From an uncultured Acidobacteriota bacterium (GTDB lineage: Bacteria; Acidobacteriota; Terriglobia; UBA7540): DNA of 64,000 nt. Below are positions 31,064-40,245 of the stretch, in pieces. The position numbers and the translations under genes were made by a program. Numbering within the stretch: position 1 is the first letter of the stretch; each line of letters begins with the position of its first letter. Location of the stretch: positions 32,001 to 96,000 of the forward strand of contig CAWDSK010000004.1 in NCBI GenBank assembly GCA_963804995.1, in the 5' to 3' direction. The notes under the pieces were generated by a model that saw nothing but the letters and a program-made list of their open reading frames with translations, was not told the origin of the DNA and ran no database searches.

Positions 31064-33250
31064 TCACCGCGGGGCCGCGCCCGGTTTGCCCGGCCCTGCC
31101 GACGCAGGCAACAACCCGAGCGTCTCCGCCGCCGGCAGGGGCTTGCCCTGATCGAAATCACTCTGCAGCGCGTCGAACCGGGCAATCATCTCCTGCCAAA
31201 GGCCGCTCTGCCGGTCGTAAAGCTGCAACATATTCGGTAACCAGCTCGCGTGGTTCTCGCTCAGCCACAAATCCTTGTAGAGCTCGCGCAGCCGCGTGGT
31301 GTACTCCCGCAGGTCCTCCAGGCGGCCACCGTCTGGACTTTGAATGCTCCGGAGTTGGCCCATCGCCAGGTCCTTGTTATCCTTCTGGTGCTGGAGCGCC
31401 GTGGCGTAGAAGCCCGCGATCTCCTGCATGTAGAGATAACGCATGCCGAGGGCATCCAGCTTGAGCGCCGCGAAGCGCAGGTTGGCAAGGGTGTCGCGAT
31501 GGCGTTGGGCGCGGTCGGCGCTGGCGGTGAGGAGGTTGTAAGCATCCTCCGCCGTGCGCCTCACCTCCACCGCCACCGGCAGCGCCTTCCGGGCATCGGC
31601 TTGCCCGCGCGGGGTGAAGGGGTTGTGCCAGAACAAGGCGTCGTCGGTGCCGCCGTAATTCTCGTCATACAATTTTCCGGCGCCGCTCTGCCGCAACGTC
31701 TCGTTGAGGTGGCCGAGCTTCTTCAGGGCTTCCACAAAGCGGTGGTCGGAGTTGCGGTAGAAAGCCCAATCGAACTTGCTGTCGAAATCTTCGACGTCCG
31801 TGGGGCCGGCCTCCCAAGCCACTGCAGCTCCGTACACGATGCTCCACCAACCCTGGCCATAGAGAGTTTCGCCATCGTCGTTCCAGACCGTGTTATTCAT
31901 CCCCAGGGCGCCAACCTTCTTGCCTTCGTTCACAAATCTGCCAATATTCAATGCTGCATGTTCATAATCGGGCATCATCACACTGGTATTACCCACCCAG
32001 GGACAAATGATAAGCTTCATGCCGTTATCGACGAAAGGCTTTAGCCACGCATCGTAATGGGGATGGGACCCATACTCCCAGGTTGCCACCAGCATGTCCT
32101 TGGGCAACTGTTTGAGCAGTTCGGGATGTTTCAAGGCGATGTCGCCCCAGAAGATCACCTGCTTGTTGTGGGCGCGCACGATGTCGTGGACCCTCAGCAG
32201 GTTGTCAATGTAGAGCTGGCCGGGAGCCTCTTTCTTCGCCAGCGTGGCACTCCTGCCCTGCCCTAACTCCTCCGTCTCGTCGCACCCGACGTTATAGAGT
32301 GGTGAAGTGAACACGGGGGCCATCTGCGCGTAGAGGTTTTCGAGGAAGCTGTAGATCTGCGGCTCGGCGGGCGAAAGCAGGTCGCTGTGCGGGAACTCCG
32401 CCAGGGGCGCGAACAGCTCAAAGCGCAGGAGCTTGTGGACGTGTCCACACGAGTTGTGCGCGGGAACGATTTCCACGTGGTAGCGCGCGGCGTAAGCCAC
32501 CAACTCCTCCCAGTCCTGCCGCGCGGGCAGGTCCGTGAGGACGCCCATGATCGGCTGGCCACTGAAGGGGAATGAATCCTCCATGTAGAAGTAAAGCTGG
32601 TTCAGCTTGAACTCGGAAATGGTGCGGACAATGCGCTTCAGATAGTCCTGCGTGGGGACAGGCCCACGCGCCATATCCACCTGAGTCCCGCGGTAGATCA
32701 GGGCCGGCCAGTCGCGCACGCGTGCCCCAAGGATGACAGCTTCCGCGCCCTCACCGGCCACGAGTTGGCGAAGCGTTTGGACGCCGTTGAAGAGTCCGTC
32801 GCTGTCTTTGCCGGCAACCAGGATTTGGCCAGGAGCCACGTCCAGCACGTACCCTTGATCGCCGATGCCGCTGGTCGAGATGCCACGTTCACTCAGGAGC
32901 TTGGCCATCGCTCCCTGCGTGAGGCTGCCCAAAAGAATCGCCGGGCCGCTCGGAACCTGCACGGGCGAGGAGATGGAGAACTCGTGCTGAGTGACCTGCG
33001 CAAGTTCTTCCGCAAGACTTTCCGCCGCGGAGCGGTCGCGCTCGGCAAAATCGGGAAGCAACACGATTTGCAGGTCGCTCGTCACCGGGAAGTTCGCGGC
33101 CTTCGTCTGCACCTCCCGGGGCTGCGGAATGAGCATGGGCCGCTGCGCGTGTGCCCCACTGGGCATGAGGAACAGCAGGGCGACAAATTCCACGAGCGGC
33201 GCGAACTGGAGCCGGAGCCGTCCCATCCGCGGCGCCAAGAATCTCTTCAT
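31064..33250 (-). CDS. GH20-like beta-N-acetylhexosaminidase
   Basis: LIPQP; QGYVL; G.FNGVQTL.Q; DWP...RG..VDMARG; NVGCDE; WGD. Confidence 0.9.
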   Translation of the reverse strand: MKRFLAPRMGRLRLQFAPLVEFVALLFLMPSGAHAQRPMLIPQPREVQTKAANFPVTSDLQIVLLPDFAERDRSAAESLAEELAQVTQHEFSISSPVQVPSGPAILLGSLTQGAMAKLLSERGISTSGIGDQGYVLDVAPGQILVAGKDSDGLFNGVQTLRQLVAGEGAEAVILGARVRDWPALIYRGTQVDMARGPVPTQDYLKRIVRTISEFKLNQLYFYMEDSFPFSGQPIMGVLTDLPARQDWEELVAYAARYHVEIVPAHNSCGHVHKLLRFELFAPLAEFPHSDLLSPAEPQIYSFLENLYAQMAPVFTSPLYNVGCDETEELGQGRSATLAKKEAPGQLYIDNLLRVHDIVRAHNKQVIFWGDIALKHPELLKQLPKDMLVATWEYGSHPHYDAWLKPFVDNGMKLIICPWVGNTSVMMPDYEHAALNIGRFVNEGKKVGALGMNNTVWNDDGETLYGQGWWSIVYGAAVAWEAGPTDVEDFDSKFDWAFYRNSDHRFVEALKKLGHLNETLRQSGAGKLYDENYGGTDDALFWHNPFTPRGQADARKALPVAVEVRRTAEDAYNLLTASADRAQRHRDTLANLRFAALKLDALGMRYLYMQEIAGFYATALQHQKDNKDLAMGQLRSIQSPDGGRLEDLREYTTRLRELYKDLWLSENHASWLPNMLQLYDRQSGLWQEMIARFDALQSDFDQGKPLPAAETLGLLPASAGPGKPGAAPR

Positions 33251-33388
33251 GGTTTTCCCCTTTTGAAATCGATACATTAACAAGAATTTCCAGATTAGCT
33301 TCCAACCGCCCCACACTGTACACTCCTCAGGGATTCCAGCGCACTATTTTTCTCTGTGTGAACAGGTCGCCTGATTCTCTTCTGGAAC

Positions 33389-33700
33389 TCAAGAGCTTTT
33401 GTCGACTTTGATCTGGAGTGTGTACCCGCCGTTCTGATCCCTTATGGTGCTTACGGCAAATCTCTGCGAGACCTGGTACTCGATCTGAACGATCTGCCCC
33501 GTGCTCGTCGTGAGGTCAGTCGAAAGAACAAAAAACAGATTCTTGGTGACGCGCTGCTGCACCGCCAACCGCCCTCCGCCGTTGCCCTGAGCTCCCCCAA
33601 CTTGTGGATCGATGGTCAGCGAGGTAATGATTGCAAGTTTTTCCACTCGGCTGCTGAACTGGTTGGTCCATTGCCCGGTGATTACCGAATCGGGCGATGT
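33389..33700 (-). pseudogene. C-terminal fragment of a TamB-like protein (5' boundary approximate)
   Basis: SSRVEKLA...IDPQVGG...RL.VQQRVTKNLF..STD......IEYQ beta-strand C-terminus with no N-terminal part. Confidence 0.6.
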
Positions 33701-33810
33701 GCTGCCGGTGGAAGCGGCCTCCGTCGTCTGGGAGAAGAGACCGGTGTCGGAGAAGGGACCACAAGGGGGAGGCCAGTAAGAACCCGGTAAAAACGCTAAC
33801 CATGCGCGAT

Positions 33811-34580
33811 GTCGGGTCGGAGGAGGCGCGCTTGCGCGCTAGCCTCCGTCCGCCGCTCAAACTGCACGGACGGTTTTCCCGTATGCAGCTTTCACGAAGA
33901 CATCTCCGGCGGAGACGCGAGCCAAGGGCTACGACTGAGTGGACCCTTCGTCACGCCCCTCAGGTTGATCCGGGCCGCCAGTATCCTCGGACGGTGATGT
34001 ACGGGTTTTTCGCTAAGCGAACTGATCCACCTCATCGCCCTTACTCATCTGGCTGCCCTTCCCGTCCCTCCTGCCTTCGCCCGCCGCCTTCCCCGACCCA
34101 CTCCGGTCGCCGATCACTCGGTCACGCGGTTTTAGCCGCGCTTCAGGTACTACACAGCGGTCCGTCTACTGGCAGAGCATCACTCGCCACTTCGCTTCCG
34201 CTTATAGGTCTGCTTACTCCGGCGCCACCCGGAGACCCTGCCAGTCCTCCTGAGGTCACGCGCTGTTCTTCTGTACCGTGCCATCCGCAAACACCTTGGT
34301 GCGGTGGGTGAATGAGAACGCCTTCGCCTCCATAGTGCAGGCTCGACCTTGCCCCACCTTTGGCCGACCGGTTCATCATCGGGGCAGCCCCCATTGATTA
34401 CGGCCCGGTACTTCTCCTCATGCCCTTCGGATTCCACCTCGCGATGGACACCCTGCCCTCCGGAGTCCTACCAACTGCTCTCCGGCCAGCGAGGCATTAC
34501 CCCCGCTTTCGGATATGACGCCCCTCATCCGAGCGCCAGAGGGACTTTAACCCTCCTGAACAGCGTGCTGCTCAGCACAC
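33811..34580 (-). mobile_element. ORF-less group II intron, copy 2 (770 nt), apparently identical to 356-1125
   Basis: Same termini and internal sequence at offset 33455; different flanks. Confidence 0.93.
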
Positions 34581-35059
34581 ACCTTATGACCTTTTCTGAC
34601 CCTAAGACATTTTGTCGTGTAAATTTTGCTTCGACACCCATGCTCACATTGTGAAAACAGCGGCCGGCCTGGTTGGGGGGACTGAATCCCTTCCATCACG
34701 TTCCTTACCTTGTAAGATCATAAGCGGGTTTTGATCTGAAGGGCTGGATTCCTACCACACCCAATTTCCGGGGAGCATCGGGATGTCCATCCTGGCGAGC
34801 AACCAGCGGGATCCGCCTTCCATCACGTAAAAGTCCAATGTTTCCAAGGGGACGTTGAAGGCGGTTGGACTGTCGAATCCAGGGAATCTTGCCGTGGAGG
34901 TGCGGCGGAGTCTCGCGTACCACGGGAGTCTTGCCTGTGGATTGCGACCAGGAAATCCGGTGCGGCGGCGGATGGCCGAATTCCTGTAGCGTGGGTGTCC
35001 ACACCCGCGCACGCCGCTTGCAGGGAGTCCACCAGCGTAGCGCGTACCCCCCGCCGTCG

Positions 35060-35625
35060 GGGTCCGCGTACTGGTTTTCCTGAAAGAGTTCCGCCCCCCG
35101 CGCCGCGTGTTGCTGCACCTCGGCCTGCCGCGCCTGCGCCGCCGGATCCACGGTCGAAGGCTTCGTCACCGTGGCGCGCTTCAACGCTTCGATTAATTCA
35201 TCTTCGCCTCCGCCCAGACGCACTTCGTCCAGATACTCTTGTTGGGGCTCGAAGTCGATACCACGCTCTTCCACCAGCATTGCCATGCGGTGGCTGGGTA
35301 CCTGGCCGGCAAGCAAGACGAAAATCTGAACCTGGTTAAGCGGCTTCTTCGCGCTCCCCGGCCCGGGCTGCTGGGCCGCACGTAGAGCGTTCAGAAATAC
35401 CTCACTCGCGCCTGCGGCCTTGAGGCCTTGGAGAAAATCCTCCACCGGCGCAAAATCAATTCCACGCTGCTCGATCAGCTTTGCCCCCGACTCGTCTCCC
35501 AGCCCGTCCCGCACCATCCCTTGCACCTGGTCCCGCGTAAAGGGCTTCTGTTCGGCCCCGGCCGGTAGGGCAAACGTCAGCCCCGTCGCCAGGATAAGGA
35601 AAGTCAGCGATTTGGAGAATCTCAT
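35060..35625 (-). pseudogene. truncated secreted TPR-type protein
   Basis: Signal peptide and two ~55-aa repeats (..RGIDF.P....L..L...G....L..AL). Plausible sequence stops after HAARGAELFQENQY. Confidence 0.55.
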
Positions 35626-35875
35626 TCCGACCCCACGCCGCAACCCTGGATTGAAGTGAATCTATGGAACAGATTGTAGCGCAAAAAGGCAAGCGAAGCG
35701 TGGTGCCCAGCGCAGAGTCTCACGCTCTCCGAGACTCTGCGGCTCTTCTTCAGATACGCCACGCCCGCCGGCCACGGGTACATAGGGCATTACACATTTT
35801 AAGAAACATTGTGTTAGGATAAGTCAACTGATTTCAGGGCAATGTTTATCGCGACCAGGCTCCGAGGAGACTCTT

Positions 35876-37042
35876 GTGTCCAACGCAACGCTCTCGAAGC
35901 TCGTGGTGCTTACTGCGGCAGTGGCGCTTGCCGGCGCCTGTGGCGGCAACAGTGGTGGTACGAGCTCAACCACACCACCCCCGTCAAACCCGTCGCTGAC
36001 CCCGGCGGCCTCAGACCAGACCGAGGTAGCGGCAATTATCTCAGCGGCCTTCATCGCGGGGTTGCAGCAAGTCATACCCGCCTTCCTGCCGTCCGGTCCG
36101 TCGTCCCCCACCGGTGCGCGTATGAATACGCATCTTTTCCAGCAAGCCGAGACCTTAGCGGACCCCGCTCAGACGGGCAGCGTTGAGATAACGTACGGAC
36201 TAGTTTCGCTCCCCACGTCGACGATCACCGAGACGATTCCACTCACGGGTTCGGGAGTCGTTCAACTAGGGCAAATCGGCTCCTGCACCTTTAGCGAGAG
36301 TGGAAATGTGGTCATAACCTGGACGCCGGGGGTCGGGGGGACGGCGACCGCGACCGAGAACTTGCAAACGACCCTTCTTAACTGCCCAGCGCCCAGTTCT
36401 GGTCCGTCTGTCATGTTACCGCAGACCTACTTTCAGAGCTGGGGCATTCCCGTCACCGGGCTCAAGATGACGTGCAGCCTGGCAATAGCAGGCGACGGCG
36501 CGGTCCAGCCTGATCAAGTGTGCACCCTTTCAGGCTCGATCACTTTCTACAACCCAAATCCCTGTGCTAGTAATGATCCTTCTGAACCTCTCTGTAGTTT
36601 CTATGCCACGGAACTGGTCTCCCTCACTTACACGTATTCGGACTTCCCGAGCCAGCCGCCAACCGTGTCGGGCCAGATGGGAACCTCGGTGAATGGCACC
36701 TTGCCGAGTGTGGCGGTGCCCACGGCCATGTTCACCAGTCCGCCCTCCCCGCTGACCATATTCCTGTCTCCGCCGATGGATGTTCAGTCGTGCGTGCCCG
36801 GGAGCGCGAGCGGCGAGTCCATTAATTTGGAGAACGTACAGCCCGATTCGAGTGGGAATATTAACAGTACGTGGTACGTCCAGAACGGCGCGATGACCCC
36901 GATCATACAGGTTACGGGAAACGTGACCCCCAGCGCATTCTCTGTAAACCTCTCCTGTCTGAACGGTGGTGGCAGCGGATCGATCTCGGCGACCGGGAAT
37001 AATTACAATTTCAACGGGACCTATACGCTGAACACACCGTAA
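35876..37042 (+). CDS. Ser/Thr/Pro-rich lipoprotein, Cys-containing beta-rich body
   Basis: LAGAC lipobox followed by a GGNSGG/PT linker. Confidence 0.75.
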   Translation: MSNATLSKLVVLTAAVALAGACGGNSGGTSSTTPPPSNPSLTPAASDQTEVAAIISAAFIAGLQQVIPAFLPSGPSSPTGARMNTHLFQQAETLADPAQTGSVEITYGLVSLPTSTITETIPLTGSGVVQLGQIGSCTFSESGNVVITWTPGVGGTATATENLQTTLLNCPAPSSGPSVMLPQTYFQSWGIPVTGLKMTCSLAIAGDGAVQPDQVCTLSGSITFYNPNPCASNDPSEPLCSFYATELVSLTYTYSDFPSQPPTVSGQMGTSVNGTLPSVAVPTAMFTSPPSPLTIFLSPPMDVQSCVPGSASGESINLENVQPDSSGNINSTWYVQNGAMTPIIQVTGNVTPSAFSVNLSCLNGGGSGSISATGNNYNFNGTYTLNTP

Positions 37043-37221
37043 TCGAAGCAAGCAGAGTCTCGTGCGTTAAGAAACCGGGCGCCTTTTCGTTAGTCAGGTG
37101 CGACTGCCGATCACCGCTTGATGGCCTCTTCTGTTCCCTGTTCCCTATTCCCCGCACTTCCGTTCCCTGTTCCCTGCCCCTCGTCTTCAGATACGTCCTG
37201 CACGCCGGTATGATGACTTTC

Positions 37222-37503
37222 CTATCTTTCATCTGGATGGCTGTGACGCCATTCCCAGTATCGATCCTGGTCCCTCCGGTGTGCCCTCACGTACTCGTAA
37301 TGACGCCTGTGGTTGGTCGTAAGATACACTCCCCAGGCATGGTTCTCGCGGTCATCCCAGTTATGGTAGTCCCTGTGCCTCCTATCGTAGACTCGGACCG
37401 TAACAGCCTCGCCTGCGGGGCTGGGAACAGCCATAATTGACATCGGTCCCGCCAGGACGGCGGTCAGGAGCAGTGAAGCAAAGTAACGATGCGTGTGGTG
37501 CAT
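37222..37503 (-). CDS. small secreted His/Arg-rich protein
   Basis: GGAGG RBS, signal peptide, YDR.HRDYH.WDDRE...YW.WRH.HPD. Confidence 0.75.
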   Translation of the reverse strand: MHHTHRYFASLLLTAVLAGPMSIMAVPSPAGEAVTVRVYDRRHRDYHNWDDRENHAWGVYLTTNHRRHYEYVRAHRRDQDRYWEWRHSHPDER

Positions 37504-38114
37504 GTTGTAGTCCTCCCAAGTCGAGATTTTGCGGCTTCGGAATCGCACCAGCCACGATCATGCCTCGAGGTGCTGGTTGATTCGTCGTGCCTATCCTTTG
37601 TATCCCAGGGCGAAGGGCTTGTCTGGTCAGAAGAGCCCACCGATTAGGTCAATACCGCTCACGCGAGTTCGCGCGTGGCGCCCCGACCAGTCAGGGCGAT
37701 TCACGCCTCTGACCACGCCCGCCGATGTTCCGATCCCGCCAGATTGAACCCCAAGGGGGCTATGTACGACAGCCCAGGCCGAAGGCCCGCCGATCTTAAT
37801 GGTGGGCCAACGGCCTGGGTCAAACAGGCCAAACCATTCAATCTATTAGCCTTGGAAGGGCGAACCACTCAACCGCCCCCTCAGGCCTGAGGTCCAAAAC
37901 GAGCCGATCTTCTTAACTTTCGGCCTGTAGTTTTCTATGCGCGGCCTAAGACCCTTTGCTCTCTGCCTTCAGCCTTCAGCCTTTAGCCTTCTACCTTCCG
38001 CTTTCTGCCTTCTGCTTCCCGTTGGCTGATGCCTAGTTTTTTCTTTCTTTACGTCGAAATATATATCGAATTATAACGTAACTGTAACATTAAGATACCA
38101 ACTGAAAAAAGGTG

Positions 38115-38143
38115 TTGACAAGCGCATTGGCTGCATGTTTAAT
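38115..38143 (+). promoter_or_regulatory. sigma70-type promoter for the 38380-43152 operon
   Basis: TTGACA-N17-TTTAAT preceded by an AT-rich tract. Confidence 0.65.
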
Positions 38144-38379
38144 AGCCGTGCTCAGGCACGTTTTGGTCGCCACCACAACTAATTGCGTTACCGAGTAGAA
38201 ACGCCCTGCGCCTATTTCACTAGGGCGAGACCCCCGGGTTACTTTCACGACAAACTACTGTTCCAGCCCAGGCCGTTTGATTCGCTGGGGAAGATGACAT
38301 GCGACCTCTAGGCACAGCCGAAATCGACTAAGGAATGCTGGCTTGAGCCCTCCGCAGTCCGATGGAGTGGAGAGCAAGA

Positions 38380-39186
38380 ATGGTGTCGCTCCAAATAGGA
38401 TCATCGGGTCCGATTGTCACTGACCTACAGCGACGGCTGCAGCAGCGGGGCTTCTACACGGGGGTAATCGACGGGCAGTTTAGCGCCGGGACGAATGCGG
38501 CCGTCCGGGCATTTCAAAAGAGCGTCGGCTTGAGCGCCGACGGGCAGGCGGGTTTCAATACGATTGCCGCATTGACCATGCCCTCCGTGAGCTCGAATGT
38601 CACGCTGGACATCGTTGCGCCAATGTTTCCTGCCACGCCGCGAGTGAACATTCAGTTTCACCTCCCCTTTGTATTAAGCGCCCTGCTCAAAGCCACGCTG
38701 GCAGACAAGAGCATGGTGCTGATGGCGCTCGCAACGATTCGGGCTGAGACCGCGAGCTTTTGGCCCGTCGATGAGGGCATTTCTCAAGGCAACACGACTC
38801 CAGGCGGGTCCCACCCGTTTGACAAATACGATTACATTAAGGACCTCGGCAACCAGGGGCCGCCCGACGGAGCGAATTTCAAGGGGCGCGCGTTCGTTCA
38901 GCTCACTGGCCGCAACAACTACACGCGGTTCTCTAAGCTCATCGGCATGGGCGACACGCTGGTTCAAAACCCTGATCTGGCTAACGACCCCGACATCGCC
39001 GCCAGACTCCTGGCCGCATTCCTCGGCGCCGAGGCCAACCAGATTCGGCAGGCTTTGCAAATCCCTGATTTGACCAAGGCCCGGAAATTGGTTAACGGCG
39101 GAACCAACGGCTTGCCGGAATTTACGGATGCATATCAACGCGGCCAGGGCCTGATCCCTGACCCTGTGCAGGTGCAGTTGGCTTAA
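38380..39186 (+). CDS. peptidoglycan-binding domain + GH19/lysozyme-like hydrolase (endolysin-like)
   Basis: LQIGSSG..V..LQ.RL...G.IDG.F...T..AVRAFQ...GL.ADG; LATI..ET; FKGR.FVQLTGRNNY; RKLVNGG.NGL; no signal peptide. Confidence 0.88.
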   Translation: MVSLQIGSSGPIVTDLQRRLQQRGFYTGVIDGQFSAGTNAAVRAFQKSVGLSADGQAGFNTIAALTMPSVSSNVTLDIVAPMFPATPRVNIQFHLPFVLSALLKATLADKSMVLMALATIRAETASFWPVDEGISQGNTTPGGSHPFDKYDYIKDLGNQGPPDGANFKGRAFVQLTGRNNYTRFSKLIGMGDTLVQNPDLANDPDIAARLLAAFLGAEANQIRQALQIPDLTKARKLVNGGTNGLPEFTDAYQRGQGLIPDPVQVQLA

Positions 39187-39222
39187 GAAGCATCGAGTTT
39201 CCAGAGTGAGAAGGAGGGAAGT

Positions 39223-40041
39223 ATGGCCACATTTCAGACTCTACTTTCACTTGTGCTGCTTATCTTTGTTCTGAGTGTTGTTGTCCAGGCTGTTCAGGAG
39301 TGGGTTAAAGCGGTGCTCGATACCAAGGTAACGGTCATGACCGAGGCGATTGAAAAGTTTATGGGTGATCACCTGACGTTGGCGCAGGTTCAGCAAGCAT
39401 TGCATGTGCGTGGGCTGAATTTAGCGGCCCTGGAAAACTTCAATAAGCAAGACTTTCGCCAACTCCTCGACGGGATTACATTCCAGGATGCGCAGTTGCA
39501 AGGAATCATCGCTCATGCCGGAGCTCAAGCCGCAGCTACCGTCGATCAGGTGAGAGACAATATCGCGGCTTCATACGAAGCTCTGCGCACTCAATTTCAG
39601 CAAGAATACACTCGAAAGAACAAGATCATCGTCGCCGTGCTCAGCTTTTTTGTGGTCATTGTTTTGAACGCGAACGTTCTGATCCTCTACGAGCAGATTT
39701 CGGCGGATCAAGCCACACAACAGGCGATCGTCGGCAAGGCTGGTGCGCTCACTGCCGACCAAACTGCAAAGCCCGGAGATGCTCAGGCCGCGCCGGCGGA
39801 TATTGGAGCCGTATATTCCCACAGCCGGGACCAGATTAACTCGGCACTCAAGAGCTATCCCATCTTGATCAGAACGTCAAAGTTTTCTGAGGACTTCACG
39901 AATCACCCAATCGGTGAGATCGCCGGATTGCTGCTCATGGGCGTTCTCGTCTCCTTGGGAGCTCCATTCTGGAACGATGCTTTGAAAGGGATGATGGGCA
40001 TCAACAATTCATTAAACTCGAACAGTAGGACGGCAACCTAG
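39223..40041 (+). CDS. multi-pass membrane hypothetical protein
   Basis: About 3 hydrophobic segments; C-terminal G......SLGAPFW.D.L; AAGGAGG RBS. Confidence 0.8.
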   Translation: MATFQTLLSLVLLIFVLSVVVQAVQEWVKAVLDTKVTVMTEAIEKFMGDHLTLAQVQQALHVRGLNLAALENFNKQDFRQLLDGITFQDAQLQGIIAHAGAQAAATVDQVRDNIAASYEALRTQFQQEYTRKNKIIVAVLSFFVVIVLNANVLILYEQISADQATQQAIVGKAGALTADQTAKPGDAQAAPADIGAVYSHSRDQINSALKSYPILIRTSKFSEDFTNHPIGEIAGLLLMGVLVSLGAPFWNDALKGMMGINNSLNSNSRTAT

Positions 40042-40245
40042 CAGTTTAAGGAGAGTGAACTCCCCCGCAACCCGATTCTATCTGAACGCTGATGCTGATG
40101 GGCGGATGGAAGGGCGGGACTCTGCTAGCCGTGACCAGGTTGTGGTTTCAGAATGGTAGCGAGAAGCAACTTGGGGCTGGTTGTGTACAGTCCAGAGAGC
40201 AAGGTCAGAGTAGACCAATCCTTATTGAATCGGGAGGCTTAAGCA

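Noticed and set aside
29696..31240. 514-aa plus-strand ORF and other long antisense ORFs (e.g. 14076-15386, 54578-55852, 3431-4336)
   Set aside because: GC-rich shadow frames overlapping well-supported genes on the other strand.
38150..38379. Riboswitch in the ~230-nt leader of the GH19 operon
   Set aside because: No consensus of a known class (e.g. c-di-GMP) recognised by eye.
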